Below, piece by piece: positions 19,915 through 30,265 of a stretch of DNA of 46,676 nucleotides. Numbering within the stretch: the stretch's first letter is position 1; each line of letters opens with the position of its first letter. Position numbers and translations under genes: made by a program. Under the pieces are notes generated by a model. That model saw only the letters and a program-made list of their open reading frames with translations, had not been told where the DNA came from and did not search any database. Source of the DNA: an uncultured Staphylococcaceae bacterium (GTDB lineage Bacteria; Bacillota_I; Bacilli_A; RFN20; CAG-826); NCBI GenBank assembly GCA_964386745.1, contig CAYLSZ010000004.1, forward strand, positions 1 to 46,676, in the 5' to 3' direction.

Positions 19915-20445
19915 CTAAAATCGCTTCATAAAAGTATAGCGTAAACCTCTTTTGAATTCGAAGATTCCTAGATTCTGATAGCCCAGTTTTTCATAGATAT
20001 AACAGCCTTTTACATTCGATAAATGAACAAAGAAAATAAAGCCATCTTTGTCTTTTACTTTCTCTTCAACTGCTAATAAAACTTTTTGTCCAATACCTCC
20101 ATTTTGAGTATTTGGATCGACCATCAAGCGAGCTAAATAAAGTAAATTTGAATAATCTATAGGAATTTTTTTCTTATATTTTTCCCGTAAATCTTCGGTC
20201 TCAAATAGTTCCTTTGGATCAAAATCTTTATAAGCAATATACCCAACAATTTTACCTTCTATAGTCGCTACTAAAGCGCCACCATTAAGGTCTCCTTCAA
20301 GGTGACTTTTACTAGGATAATCACCACATTGCCAGATGTCGCTACCTTTATTTTTTAAATCTTCTTTAACTCTTTTTAATAATTCATAGACTTCATCTAA
20401 GTCTTCTATAACACCATCCCTTACAACTACTTCACTAATTGCCAT
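19915..20445 (-). CDS. GNAT family N-acetyltransferase
   Basis: RLMVDPNTQNGGIGQ acetyl-CoA motif, N...IYEKLGY. Confidence 0.85.
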   Translation of the reverse strand: MAISEVVVRDGVIEDLDEVYELLKRVKEDLKNKGSDIWQCGDYPSKSHLEGDLNGGALVATIEGKIVGYIAYKDFDPKELFETEDLREKYKKKIPIDYSNLLYLARLMVDPNTQNGGIGQKVLLAVEEKVKDKDGFIFFVHLSNVKGCYIYEKLGYQNLGIFEFKRGLRYTFMKRF

Positions 20446-20460
20446 ATTAGTTTCCTCCTA

Positions 20461-20495
20461 AAAAGAAAGGGCTTGCCTTTCAAAAGGCAAACCCA
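20461..20495 (-). terminator. Intrinsic terminator after rpsI
   Basis: GGG.TTGCCTTT/AAAGGCAA.CCC stem with minus-strand T-run. Confidence 0.75.
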
Positions 20496-20517
20496 GATTT
20501 TCAAGATTAAGAAACGA

Positions 20518-20928
20518 TTAACGTTTCGAGAATTGTGGAGCTCTACGAGCTTTCTTAAGACCGTATTTCTTTCTTTCTTTGATACGGGCATCACGAGTTA
20601 ACATACCGTTAGCTTTTAATGCGCCACGATCTTCGCCAGCTTCAAGTAAGGCTCTAGCGATACCAAGTCTAACTGCACCAGCTTGACCAGTATAACCGCC
20701 ACCTTTTACGAAACATTTAATATCGTATTTATTTTCAGCAGCGACAATGACTAATGGTTGTTTGAGATCTAAGACGTTTGTTTTGTGTGGAAAATATTCA
20801 TAAACATCGTGATCGTTAACAATAATATTTCCTTTTCCAGGAGTAATATAGACTCTAGCCACGGAAGATTTACGTCTTCCAGTACCGTAACTTACTTTTT
20901 TAGTTGCTGCTACTTTCTTTGTTGCCAT
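20518..20928 (-). CDS. rpsI: 30S ribosomal protein S9
   Basis: [31 protein letters not shown]. Confidence 0.98.
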   Translation of the reverse strand: MATKKVAATKKVSYGTGRRKSSVARVYITPGKGNIIVNDHDVYEYFPHKTNVLDLKQPLVIVAAENKYDIKCFVKGGGYTGQAGAVRLGIARALLEAGEDRGALKANGMLTRDARIKERKKYGLKKARRAPQFSKR

Positions 20929-20940
20929 AAATTACTCTCC

Positions 20941-21387
20941 TTACGCATTCTTTAATGTTAATGGAATTGGATTTTGAGCTGCATGTGGATGTTCTGGGCC
21001 TTTATAGACGAATAATTTCTTATAGATTTGTCTGCCTAAACGACCTTTTGGGAGCATACCCCATACGACACGTTCCATTAATTCTTCTGGATATCTTTCG
21101 AGCATGACTTTGAGCGATCTAACTCTTAAGCCACCGTTATAGCCAGAAACATTGTAATACTTTTTGTTCGTCAATTTGTTGTTACCGTTGATTGCGACTT
21201 TTTCACAATTAACGATAATTACATAATCACCACAATCTTGATTTGGGGTATAAGATGGTTTATCTTTGCCCATTAAAACTACTGCAACTTCACTTGCAAG
21301 TCTGCCAAGGGATTTGCCGTTAGCATCTACGACATACCATTTGCGGACGATTTCTTCTTTCTTTAAACTTGTAGTTTGTCTAATCAT
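20941..21387 (-). CDS. rplM: 50S ribosomal protein L13
   Basis: RKWYVVDA, LGRLAS, DCGDYVI, GMLPKGRLG. Confidence 0.98.
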   Translation of the reverse strand: MIRQTTSLKKEEIVRKWYVVDANGKSLGRLASEVAVVLMGKDKPSYTPNQDCGDYVIIVNCEKVAINGNNKLTNKKYYNVSGYNGGLRVRSLKVMLERYPEELMERVVWGMLPKGRLGRQIYKKLFVYKGPEHPHAAQNPIPLTLKNA

Positions 21388-21404
21388 AACACAATTTCCT
21401 CCTT

Positions 21405-21448
21405 AAACTATAAATCTTACCGGGACTTATCTTTAAGTTGTGCCGTCG
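21405..21448 (-). promoter_or_regulatory. L13 leader-like element
   Basis: Minus strand GATAAGTCCCGG, resembling the conserved element of Firmicutes rplM leaders. Confidence 0.5.
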
Positions 21449-21451
21449 AAT

Positions 21452-21480
21452 ATTATATGTAATATTTACATATAAGTAAA
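21452..21480 (-). promoter_or_regulatory. Sigma-A promoter of rplM-rpsI
   Basis: Minus strand TTTACT-17bp-TATAAT. Confidence 0.7.
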
Positions 21481-21540
21481 GTAAATATTTATGAAAAAAC
21501 GCGTTTTTCATGCGTCTTTTGGCTCGTTTTATAGTCTAAA

Positions 21541-22419
21541 TTATTTAACTTTCGTTTTGAGTAATTCTAAGAAGCCTTCTTTTAAGTCGTCTCTTCTTAA
21601 AGCGACGTCGATGATAGCTTCTAAGAAACCAAGTTTGTTACCGCAATCGTATCTTTTTCCATCGAAGATTTTGAAATAGACATCTTCAGATTTAATTAAG
21701 TTAGCGATAGCGTCGGTAAGTTGAATTTCGCCACCTTTACCTTTTGGAGTCTTTTCAATTTCAGTGAAGATACTTGGTTTGAAAATCCATTTTCCTAAAC
21801 TTGCATAATCGCTTGGGGCTTCATCAACTTTTGGTTTTTCGATAATGCCATTAAGTTTGAAAGTTGTTTCATCAAGTTCTTTTTCAACTGACATTGAGCC
21901 GTATAGCGAAATAGCTTCATGAGCAACTTTTTGACCACCGACGATTGTCGAACCAGTTTGAATAAAGGCATCGATAAGTTGTTTGGTTGGTGGATTACCT
22001 TTGTCATATAAAGTGATGTCGTCGCCACAGCAAACGACAAAGTTATTATCACCGATAATATCTTTAGCTTGTAAGACGGCGTGGCCTAAACCGAGTTGTT
22101 CTTCTTGAATGACGTAATAGAAATTAGCTTTTTCAGGAAGTTTTGCGATCATTTTAGCAAAGTTTTCTTTGCCACCGGCAATGAGTTCAGCTTCGTATTC
22201 AGCTTCTTTCGTGTAGTATTTTTTAATCGATTCTTTACCATGCGATACGACAAAGACGATATTTTCGATACCGCTATCGACTAATTCATCGACGATATAG
22301 TCAATCGTTGGTAAATCGATAATGTTGAGCATTTCTTTTGGAACGCCCTTTGTGATAGGTAAAAATCTTGTACCTTTTCCAGCACAAGGAATGACCGCCC
22401 ATTTAACTTCTAGCTTCAT
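21541..22419 (-). CDS. galU: UTP--glucose-1-phosphate uridylyltransferase
   Basis: AVIPCAGKGTRFLPITKGVPKEML, LGLGHAV, IEKP, GEIQLTDAI. Confidence 0.95.
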   Translation of the reverse strand: MKLEVKWAVIPCAGKGTRFLPITKGVPKEMLNIIDLPTIDYIVDELVDSGIENIVFVVSHGKESIKKYYTKEAEYEAELIAGGKENFAKMIAKLPEKANFYYVIQEEQLGLGHAVLQAKDIIGDNNFVVCCGDDITLYDKGNPPTKQLIDAFIQTGSTIVGGQKVAHEAISLYGSMSVEKELDETTFKLNGIIEKPKVDEAPSDYASLGKWIFKPSIFTEIEKTPKGKGGEIQLTDAIANLIKSEDVYFKIFDGKRYDCGNKLGFLEAIIDVALRRDDLKEGFLELLKTKVK

Positions 22420-22429
22420 TTTTTACTCC

Positions 22430-23134
22430 TTATAAATTGACGTTATGATAGACGTTTTGGACGTCTTCACAATCGTCGAGTGCAGTTAATATATCTTTAA
22501 ATTTTCTTATGCTTTCTTCATCGAGATTAATTTTCTCATTTGGTAGTAAAGTGACTTCAGCCATATCGAATTCGGTAACATTTGCACCGGCTAAAACTTC
22601 TTTGGCTTTTTCAAAATCACCTGGAGCAACTACAACTTCAGCTTTACCTTCTTCAACTGAAATTTCACGAACATCGATATCGCCTAAAATAAGTAATTCT
22701 TCGAGTTCTTCAGTTGTGCCTTTATAGTCAAAAACTAAAATGGCGGAATGTTCAAAGTTATATTTAACGCTACCTTTATGGCCACCCTTACGAGTGACGA
22801 TAGTATTGACGTTAACTAAAGCTCTATTTGAGTTATCGCTTAAAGTTTGAATGATGATATAGCTATTGCCTGGACCATAGTATTCATATTCGCCTTCGAT
22901 ATAGTTAGTGACTTCGCCACCTTGAGCTTTTTTAATAGCTCTATCAATAACGTCTTTTGGACAAACTTTACGATATTTATCGATAGCAGATCTAAGGGCT
23001 AAGTTTGAATTTGGATCGGGACCACCTTTTTTAGCTGCAATATAAATTTCTTTGGATGCACGCATGTTTTGTGCGCTTTTTTGTTTTGCTGTAGCGGCCA
23101 TGGCTGCAGCTCTAACTTCAAAATGTCTACCCAT
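22430..23134 (-). CDS. YebC/PmpR family protein
   Basis: GGPDPNSNLALR, YEYYGPG, DDCEDVQNVYHN. Confidence 0.93.
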   Translation of the reverse strand: MGRHFEVRAAAMAATAKQKSAQNMRASKEIYIAAKKGGPDPNSNLALRSAIDKYRKVCPKDVIDRAIKKAQGGEVTNYIEGEYEYYGPGNSYIIIQTLSDNSNRALVNVNTIVTRKGGHKGSVKYNFEHSAILVFDYKGTTEELEELLILGDIDVREISVEEGKAEVVVAPGDFEKAKEVLAGANVTEFDMAEVTLLPNEKINLDEESIRKFKDILTALDDCEDVQNVYHNVNL

Positions 23135-23192
23135 ATTTAATACTCCTAATAAAATCTATTAAATTATATAAATATAATTTTCGTTTGTTAAG

Positions 23193-23924
23193 TTAATAAA
23201 AGACTTCTTTTAGGTAAAGTGCCTTACTTGGAGCAGTGAAATTAATAATTTTTCGCTCAGTTGGATTAAGGTTAGCAATAATTTCTTCTTTTGTGATTTT
23301 GCCTTTGGAATATTCAATTAAAGTTCCAATAATTTTCCTAACCATATAGCGCATAAATCCGTTTCCGGTTAGTTCAATATAGAATAAATCGTTTTTGAAA
23401 TAGGTCTTAATTTCATAAATCGTGCGAATGAAATTGTCTTGATCTTCGACCTTGCTAGAGAAGTTTGCAAAGTTATGCTCGCCGACAAATAATTGGGCTC
23501 CTTTAGTTATCTTTTCAGGGTCAATTCTATTCTCGTCTAAAACATAGTTTCTTAAAAATAATTGGGGTTCTGCAGGGTTTATGACGTAAAAATAGGTCTT
23601 TTTTACTGCTGAGTATCTACTATTAAACTCTTCAGGAACATCTTCAATTTGATTAATTTTAATGTCTTCAGGGAGTAACTTATTTAACGATTTTTTAATC
23701 TTTTTTAAGTCAATTTTCTTATCATTTTTAACATAAAAATTAGCGACTTGACCAATAGCATGGACACCTTTATCGGTTCTTCCGCTAGCATATATTTTTA
23801 TCTTTTCTTGAAAGATTTTTTCTAAAGTTTTTTCTATAGTTGATTGAATGGTAACCTTATTAACTTGCTTGGCATAACCATAATAATTGGTACCATCATA
23901 ACTAAAAATAATCTTTATATTCAT
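23193..23924 (-). CDS. truA: tRNA pseudouridine(38-40) synthase
   Basis: YDGTNYYG, SGRTDKGVHA, GNGFMRYMVR. Confidence 0.96.
   Translation of the reverse strand: MNIKIIFSYDGTNYYGYAKQVNKVTIQSTIEKTLEKIFQEKIKIYASGRTDKGVHAIGQVANFYVKNDKKIDLKKIKKSLNKLLPEDIKINQIEDVPEEFNSRYSAVKKTYFYVINPAEPQLFLRNYVLDENRIDPEKITKGAQLFVGEHNFANFSSKVEDQDNFIRTIYEIKTYFKNDLFYIELTGNGFMRYMVRKIIGTLIEYSKGKITKEEIIANLNPTERKIINFTAPSKALYLKEVFY
23565..23581 (-). repeat. Dispersed motif copy inside truA (NPAEP frame)
   Basis: Minus strand TAAACCCTGCAGAACCC followed by CAATTATTTTT. Confidence 0.85.
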
Positions 23925-24805
23925 TAGAAAGTGACTCCAATTGTACCAGGGAATAAGAATTCAATGATGTTTACATCAAAACCTTTGACCATAACGGTTA
24001 CGAAAATAAAGAAGGCAGCAACAATTGACATCACAATAAGTCCAACGCAATCAACTGTCTTAAATTTTAAAACTCTATAGCGACTTCTTTTGCCATATGG
24101 GTCATATCCTCTTGCTTCCATAGCGAGACTTAAATCGTCACTTATAGAGAAACAATTTACAAGTAAAGGTATAATAAGTGTCGATATAGACTTGATTTTT
24201 CGTGAAATAAAGCCTCGATTATAGTCAACTCCACGACTCTTTTGAGCTTTCATAATACGATTAGCTTGTTCTAAAAGTGTTGGGATAAATCTTAAGGCTA
24301 AAGATAAGGTCATCGCTACTACTTGAGTAGGAAATTTAAGCAATTTTAATGGTGTTAAATACCATTCAAAGCCATAAGTGATATCCATTGGGGTTGTCGT
24401 TGAGGTTAAAATCATTGTTAACGCAATCATTAAAACCAATCTATATGAAACCATAAAGGTATTTAATAAACCTTCCCAATATATGGAATAGCCATTTGAA
24501 AAACTTACGATTGGATGCGTATATGAGCTATATGGAATAAATAAATTTATGATTAATAAGAAAATAATCATTACCCAAAGGACTTTTAATCCTTTAAGAA
24601 AATCAATGAATCTAACTCGAGCAATAGCCATTATAGTAAAAATTACTATGCTTAAAACTCCAAGTATTACGAGCGAATTCATGAGGTTGCCATATGGTAA
24701 AAAACACACGACCATAATCAAAATTAATCCAAAGATTTTTACTCTTGGATCCATCCTATGAATAGGCGTTTTATAATGTGAATATTTACCAAATATACTA
24801 TCCAT
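23924..24805 (-). CDS. ecfT: ECF transporter transmembrane component
   Basis: IHRMDPRVK, ALRFIPTL, AQKSRG, AMEARGY. Confidence 0.93.
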   Translation of the reverse strand: MDSIFGKYSHYKTPIHRMDPRVKIFGLILIMVVCFLPYGNLMNSLVILGVLSIVIFTIMAIARVRFIDFLKGLKVLWVMIIFLLIINLFIPYSSYTHPIVSFSNGYSIYWEGLLNTFMVSYRLVLMIALTMILTSTTTPMDITYGFEWYLTPLKLLKFPTQVVAMTLSLALRFIPTLLEQANRIMKAQKSRGVDYNRGFISRKIKSISTLIIPLLVNCFSISDDLSLAMEARGYDPYGKRSRYRVLKFKTVDCVGLIVMSIVAAFFIFVTVMVKGFDVNIIEFLFPGTIGVTF

Positions 24806-25697
24806 TTTTCATCCTCAAAATTTCATCAATTAGATCTGAAAAACTGTCTATTTTTTCAAAAAACCCTGCAGAACTCCACTTTTTTAGTGAATTTCTAAGT
24901 TTATATAGGTTAGGAATTTCTAACGAATATTCGTTTAATTTAGGCGAATTAAATAGTTCAATTGGGGTTGTTTCTTCAATGATTTTTGCATTATTTAAAA
25001 CGAAAACTTTATCGACATAATCGCTAACAATATCCATATCGTGGGTAACTAAAATAATTGTTTTCCCTGCTTCATGAATCTCTTTAATAATGTTCATGAT
25101 TTCTTTTTTGCCTTTAGGGTCAAGGCCAGCAGTTGGTTCATCAAAAATCAATATATCTGGTTCGCTAACAAGTATTCCAGCAATAGCGACACGACGTTTT
25201 TCGCCACCGCTTAATTGGAATGGACTCTTTTCGAAATATTCATCAGGTATACCAACTTTTCTTAAGGTTTTTTCTGCTTTAGCTTTCGCTTCATCTTCTT
25301 TCATTCCAAAATTTTTAGGGCCAAACATGACGTCTTTTAATATTGTCTCGCTAAAAAGTTGATATTCAGGAAATTGGAAAACCATGCCAACTTTCTTTCT
25401 AAGCATGAACATTTTCTTATTCTCTTCTTGAATAAGTTTTGGTGCATTTTTAAGCATTTGTTTTTTAAGTTTTTTATCGCCAGTAACTATATAATCATCA
25501 ACTTTGACATAGCCACTATCAGGTAAAATCAAACCATTAAAGGTTTGAATTAAAGTCGATTTGCCGCTACCAGTTTTACCAACTAAGGCAACAAATTCGC
25601 CATCATTAATCGTAAAAGAAACGTCGTCTAAAGCAAGATGAGCGTTAGGTTTTTTACGGTTATAAGTATATGAAACGCCCTTTACTTCGATTGACAT
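24798..25697 (-). CDS. ecfA2: ECF transporter ATPase A2
   Basis: GKTGSGKST, VFQFPEYQLF, LSGGEKRRVAIAG. Confidence 0.93.
   Translation of the reverse strand: MSIEVKGVSYTYNRKKPNAHLALDDVSFTINDGEFVALVGKTGSGKSTLIQTFNGLILPDSGYVKVDDYIVTGDKKLKKQMLKNAPKLIQEENKKMFMLRKKVGMVFQFPEYQLFSETILKDVMFGPKNFGMKEDEAKAKAEKTLRKVGIPDEYFEKSPFQLSGGEKRRVAIAGILVSEPDILIFDEPTAGLDPKGKKEIMNIIKEIHEAGKTIILVTHDMDIVSDYVDKVFVLNNAKIIEETTPIELFNSPKLNEYSLEIPNLYKLRNSLKKWSSAGFFEKIDSFSDLIDEILRMKNG
24860..24876 (+). repeat. Dispersed motif copy inside ecfA2 (SSAGF frame)
   Basis: AAAACCCTGCAGAACTC followed by CACTTTTTT. Confidence 0.9.
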
Positions 25698-26509
25698 ATA
25701 TACTTTGCTAACTCCTCAAATGAATGGATAGATTTTGGAACTGATATACCTTTTTCATCTAACGCATTGATAACTTTTAAAACGTAAGGAATATCTAAAC
25801 CTAAATTTTGAATCGCTTCAGCGTCATCAAAAACTTCTTCAGGTTTTCCTTCTTTATAAATCGTTCCTTTATTTAATAATATGCAATAATCGCTTAAATA
25901 TGCTTCTTCAATATCGTGGGTGATAGATATGAATGTAAGTTCTGGATCTTCTTTCTTCATATCTAAAATAAGTTTTTTGATTTCTTCGACACCTTCTGGA
26001 TCGAGCATACTTGTCGCTTCGTCGAAAATTACTATTTTTAAATTCAAAGCAAGGATGCCAGCTATAGCTACACGTTGTTTTTGTCCGCCACTAAGTTCGC
26101 TTGGTTCTTTATCTAAGAATTTATCCATACCAACTTTAGCAGCAAATATTTTAACAAGTTCTTGCATCTTGCTTCTTTCAATTGATCTATTTTCAAGTCC
26201 AAAAGCAATATCATCTTCGACAGAGATACCGATAAATTGGTTATCAGGGTTTTGAAAAACGATACCTACAAACTTATGGACATCAAAATCGCTTTTTTCT
26301 TTTAATTCATGACCATCTATAAATATCTTTCCTTTAGTAGGAAGAAGTAAATTTGCTATAAGTTTAGCTAAAGTCGATTTTCCACTTCCGTTATGCCCGA
26401 CAAGTGTAACATAACTTCCTTTTTCAACATTAAAAGAGATGTTTTTAATAACATCACTTTCACCATCATAAGAAAAACTAATATTGTTGACTTTTATAGC
26501 TTCGCTCAT
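25682..26509 (-). CDS. ecfA1: ECF transporter ATPase A1
   Basis: GHNGSGKST, VFQNPDNQF, LSGGQKQRVAIAG, DEATSMLDP. Confidence 0.93.
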   Translation of the reverse strand: MSEAIKVNNISFSYDGESDVIKNISFNVEKGSYVTLVGHNGSGKSTLAKLIANLLLPTKGKIFIDGHELKEKSDFDVHKFVGIVFQNPDNQFIGISVEDDIAFGLENRSIERSKMQELVKIFAAKVGMDKFLDKEPSELSGGQKQRVAIAGILALNLKIVIFDEATSMLDPEGVEEIKKLILDMKKEDPELTFISITHDIEEAYLSDYCILLNKGTIYKEGKPEEVFDDAEAIQNLGLDIPYVLKVINALDEKGISVPKSIHSFEELAKYICQSK

Positions 26510-26973
26510 TTTAAGATAACTTCTTTAACTTCTCCTTCATAAGGACGATATTTAATTCCGGCGACATCTAGTAATTTTTTACTTGCTCTAGTCGAGAGTT
26601 CGTCTTTATATTTATCGCTTAAATATATAACTTCTTTGATTCCAGTTTGAATGATAGCTTTAGCACATTCATTGCATGGAAATAAGGTGACATAGATTTT
26701 ACATCCATTGAGGTGCGACCCGTCACGAGTGTTAAGTATAGCATTAAATTCAGCGTGACAGACGTATAAATATTTACTATCTAAATCATCATTTTTATTC
26801 CAAGATAATTGATCGTCATCACAATATCTAGGCATGCCATTATACCCAATTGAAACTACCTTATTGTCTTTATCAACAATACAAGCTCCGACTTGAGTCG
26901 ATGGATCTTTACTTCTTTTAGCACTAAGAAGTGCAATTCCCATAAAATATTCATCCCAACTAATACGCTTCAT
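26506..26973 (-). CDS. dCMP deaminase
   Basis: RSKDPSTQVGA, HAEFNA, PCNEC. Confidence 0.93.
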   Translation of the reverse strand: MKRISWDEYFMGIALLSAKRSKDPSTQVGACIVDKDNKVVSIGYNGMPRYCDDDQLSWNKNDDLDSKYLYVCHAEFNAILNTRDGSHLNGCKIYVTLFPCNECAKAIIQTGIKEVIYLSDKYKDELSTRASKKLLDVAGIKYRPYEGEVKEVILK

Positions 26974-27151
26974 AAATGTACCTCAATTTTTGTAGTCTAT
27001 ATTCTACAGTATTTTATTAATAATATTTAATAAAATAACGTTCAAAGTTTTTGTGATAGTATTTCGAGTGTGAAATACTGATTTCATAACTGTTATAAAT
27101 AGTGAAATTTTGCCTTTAATTTCTAACGTCAATTTTTGATTTTTTAAAATT

Positions 27152-28351
27152 TTAGTCGAGTTCTGCAAGGTTGTTTAAAATTTCAGCCATTTTTTTCATT
27201 TGAGTGATAGATAAAAATTCATACTTTCCGTGACAATTAAATCCACCAGTTCCTAGATTTGGACAAGGTAGTCCCATATAGGTAATTGTGGCTCCATCGG
27301 TTCCACCACGAATCGCTTCATAACCTAATTTGAGTTTCATATTCACGTAAACTCTATTGATTAAATGTAAGGCCTCAGGATGATGTAAGAAATATGTCCA
27401 CATATTTTTATATTCATCATGAATCTCGACTTCGATTTTTAGTTTAGGTTCTTCTTTGAGCATCTTCTCTTTAATTTCAAAGAACATTTGTTTTTGTTTT
27501 TCTAAAAGTTTTTCATCGTGATCACGTAGAATATATGAAGATTCGGCGTAATTTACATCGCCTTTCATATCTATTAAATGAATAAAACCTTCATGATCTT
27601 CGGTTTTTTCAGGAACCATATCTTTTGGAAGGTAGCTATTAAATTCAGATGCTTTTCTTATAGCGTTGACCATAATATTTTTAGCACTTCCTGGGTGGAC
27701 ACTTTGACCATAAAACTTCACATTTGCTCTAGCAGCGTTGAAATTTTCATTATTTATATAGTAAATTGAGCCGCCATCTATCGTATAAGCGACATCTGCA
27801 TTCATTTTATTTAAATCAAATTTATGAGGTCCACGCCCGATTTCTTCATCGACCGTAAAACAGATTGCGATATTGTTATTATATTTATCTTTATTAGCAA
27901 GAACTTCTTTAACAACTTCGAAAATAATTGTGATTCCAGCTTTATCATCAGCCCCTAAAAGGTGATAGCCATCAGTAAAAATTAAATCGTCACCAATAAC
28001 TTCTTTTAAACAAGGGAATTTTTCTATCGTTAAAGTATCGCCACTATCAAGTACAACTTCTTCTCCTTGGTAATTATTAACAATTTTAGTTTTTTTACAT
28101 CCACCAACAAAATCAGGAGCAGTATCCACATGGGCAATAAGTCCTATAGTACGTTTCTTTCCTAAATCAATATGACCATAAACATAGCCATATTCATCAA
28201 CATAAGCGTTATCTAGTCCAATTTCTTTTAAATCTTCGACTAAAATCTTGGCTAATTCGAGTTGACTTTTAGTCGATGGAATAGTTTCTGAATCTTCACT
28301 AGAAACCGTATCTATAGCAATATATTTTAAAAATCTTTCAATAATATCCAT
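27152..28351 (-). CDS. pepT: Peptidase T (tripeptidase)
   Basis: AHVDTA, LGADDKAG, DEEIGRG, HPGSAK, IRGGTDG. Confidence 0.95.
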   Translation of the reverse strand: MDIIERFLKYIAIDTVSSEDSETIPSTKSQLELAKILVEDLKEIGLDNAYVDEYGYVYGHIDLGKKRTIGLIAHVDTAPDFVGGCKKTKIVNNYQGEEVVLDSGDTLTIEKFPCLKEVIGDDLIFTDGYHLLGADDKAGITIIFEVVKEVLANKDKYNNNIAICFTVDEEIGRGPHKFDLNKMNADVAYTIDGGSIYYINNENFNAARANVKFYGQSVHPGSAKNIMVNAIRKASEFNSYLPKDMVPEKTEDHEGFIHLIDMKGDVNYAESSYILRDHDEKLLEKQKQMFFEIKEKMLKEEPKLKIEVEIHDEYKNMWTYFLHHPEALHLINRVYVNMKLKLGYEAIRGGTDGATITYMGLPCPNLGTGGFNCHGKYEFLSITQMKKMAEILNNLAELD

Positions 28352-28434
28352 GATAATTTTCCTTCCTCGAAAATTATAATCTTTTTTTCATAAAACTATA
28401 TTAAAAATTATAATTTTCAATTATAATTACTCAC

Positions 28435-29454
28435 ATGGGATATAAAGGTAAATTTACAAAAAAGTTTGTAGTAACAATTATTTTAGCGATTTTGGCTATT
28501 TTATGTGTAGCCGTCGTAGCCGAAACTAGCATAATGTCAAAGATTTATGATACTGGTTTGACGTATTTTTCTTTCTCTGACATTTCTGACATCTTGCTTT
28601 CTAGTGTACCTCTTCAATTAAGCGAAGATATAAGTTCATTATTTAGTGGTACATCGACAGATTATTGGCCAATTGTCAGTTTAGTTGTGGTTATAATTCC
28701 AGCGCTAGCCGTGCTTAGCTGTATAGTGATTCTTATTTTAATGATAGTCCGTAAAAGACTATATCCAATCTTTGATATGATCGGAGTCATTATTGCTGCT
28801 ATTTGTTTATACGCATTCTTTGGAATTGCATATTATTGCTGCCATCCAAGTTTAGCTAATGGTATCGATATTTCTATCGACTGGAATATTCGTTATTATG
28901 CTTTAGCCTATATGTTCTTCGATGAGGAAGTTAGTATGCTCGAAATTGAGGATACCTCTGTTTGGTATTCATTAGTATATACAGTTGCTATTTGGGTTGG
29001 CGCAATTCTTGGAATTATGGCAACATTCGACTGTTTATGTACTCTCGTATATGGAATTTCTGAAGCTAACTATCTCGATCCAAGTTCTGTTAATAAACGT
29101 TTTACTAAAAAACTCGAAAAAGATAGAAAAGACAAAAAGAAAAAAGTTTCACCAAATCAAGTTATTTACTATAAAGATGGATATTACTATGTAGGAAAAG
29201 AAATTGTTTACCCTTATACTCCTGCTCCTACTCCTGTTGTTGCAGCTCCTGCTCCACAAGCAACAAATGTTAAACAACAAGCTGCCACAAAACAACAACC
29301 TCAACCTCAACAAGTTCAAATTCAATATGTTCCTCGTCAACACGGGGTTACTAATAATATAACTACGAACGGCACTTCTATTGTTAACTCTTATGAGCCA
29401 AATAGAACTTACGTTGCTCCAGTCGTAGAAATTAAAGACGACCAAGTTGAATAA
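28435..29454 (+). CDS. Hypothetical multi-pass membrane protein with Lys- and Pro/Gln-rich C-terminal tail
   Basis: Several hydrophobic segments then low-complexity tail; no family recognised. Confidence 0.7.
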   Translation: MGYKGKFTKKFVVTIILAILAILCVAVVAETSIMSKIYDTGLTYFSFSDISDILLSSVPLQLSEDISSLFSGTSTDYWPIVSLVVVIIPALAVLSCIVILILMIVRKRLYPIFDMIGVIIAAICLYAFFGIAYYCCHPSLANGIDISIDWNIRYYALAYMFFDEEVSMLEIEDTSVWYSLVYTVAIWVGAILGIMATFDCLCTLVYGISEANYLDPSSVNKRFTKKLEKDRKDKKKKVSPNQVIYYKDGYYYVGKEIVYPYTPAPTPVVAAPAPQATNVKQQAATKQQPQPQQVQIQYVPRQHGVTNNITTNGTSIVNSYEPNRTYVAPVVEIKDDQVE

Positions 29455-30265
29455 AAAATATTCCCAATACATAATCGATGCTCATGCCCACTATGGGTAT
29501 TGGCCAACATTAAAAGAAGCCGAAAAGGCTCTTTTAATTTCTACTGAAAAAAATAGAATTGATTTTACTTTGCTTTCTTTTGATGGAAGCGAGTTTAAAG
29601 ATAGTTCTCCAAGTAAGCGTTTCACTCCTCAAATTGAAAGTTCTAAAAAAGCTTTAGCATTAGCAAATAAATATCCAAGTCACTTTGGAATCTTACTTTG
29701 GTTTAGACCGTATTTTGAGAAAAATATCGGAGATCTGCAGGCTTTTTACTTAAAAAACAGAGAAAAAATATATGGGCTAAAGTTTCATCCATATAGTTCT
29801 AGACTAAAAATCACTGATAAAAAAGTTAGACCATATTTAGATATGGCTAGAGAATACAAACTCCCAGTTTTAGTTCATACAGCTGTCGATGAATATAGTG
29901 ATATCAAGTATTTAGTCGAGGTTGCAAAAGAATATCCTGATGTCAAATTTATTGCTGCTCACTGTGTCCTTTTAAGCGATCACTATGAAATGATCGATAT
30001 CTTAAAAGAAAATCCAAATATCTATTGCGACACAGCTTGGGTTGATATGGAATTTATAAAAGTTTTAGATAAAAACGGACTTATAAATCGCGTCATGTTT
30101 GGAACGGATAATCCAATTGATGGCATCGAAACATTATCTAATCCACTCTATCAAGACTACTTCAACAATAAAATAAAACTTGGCTACTATAAATACGCCA
30201 AGCTTATGTATAAAAATGCTTTAAAAATATACGGAATAGATTACTCTATTTTAAAGAAGAAATAA
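29447..30265 (+). CDS. Amidohydrolase family (TIM-barrel metallohydrolase)
   Basis: IIDAHAHYG, GLKFHP, PVLVHT, FIAAH, VMFGTDNP; TTG start overlapping upstream stop. Confidence 0.85.
   Translation: MNKKYSQYIIDAHAHYGYWPTLKEAEKALLISTEKNRIDFTLLSFDGSEFKDSSPSKRFTPQIESSKKALALANKYPSHFGILLWFRPYFEKNIGDLQAFYLKNREKIYGLKFHPYSSRLKITDKKVRPYLDMAREYKLPVLVHTAVDEYSDIKYLVEVAKEYPDVKFIAAHCVLLSDHYEMIDILKENPNIYCDTAWVDMEFIKVLDKNGLINRVMFGTDNPIDGIETLSNPLYQDYFNNKIKLGYYKYAKLMYKNALKIYGIDYSILKKK
29730..29746 (-). repeat. Dispersed motif copy inside amidohydrolase (DLQAF frame)
   Basis: Minus strand AAAAGCCTGCAGATCTC. Confidence 0.85.

Noticed and set aside
26506-26973. dCMP deaminase as ComEB evidence for competence
   Set aside because: Not flanked by comEA/comEC; dCMP deaminases are ordinary nucleotide metabolism enzymes.
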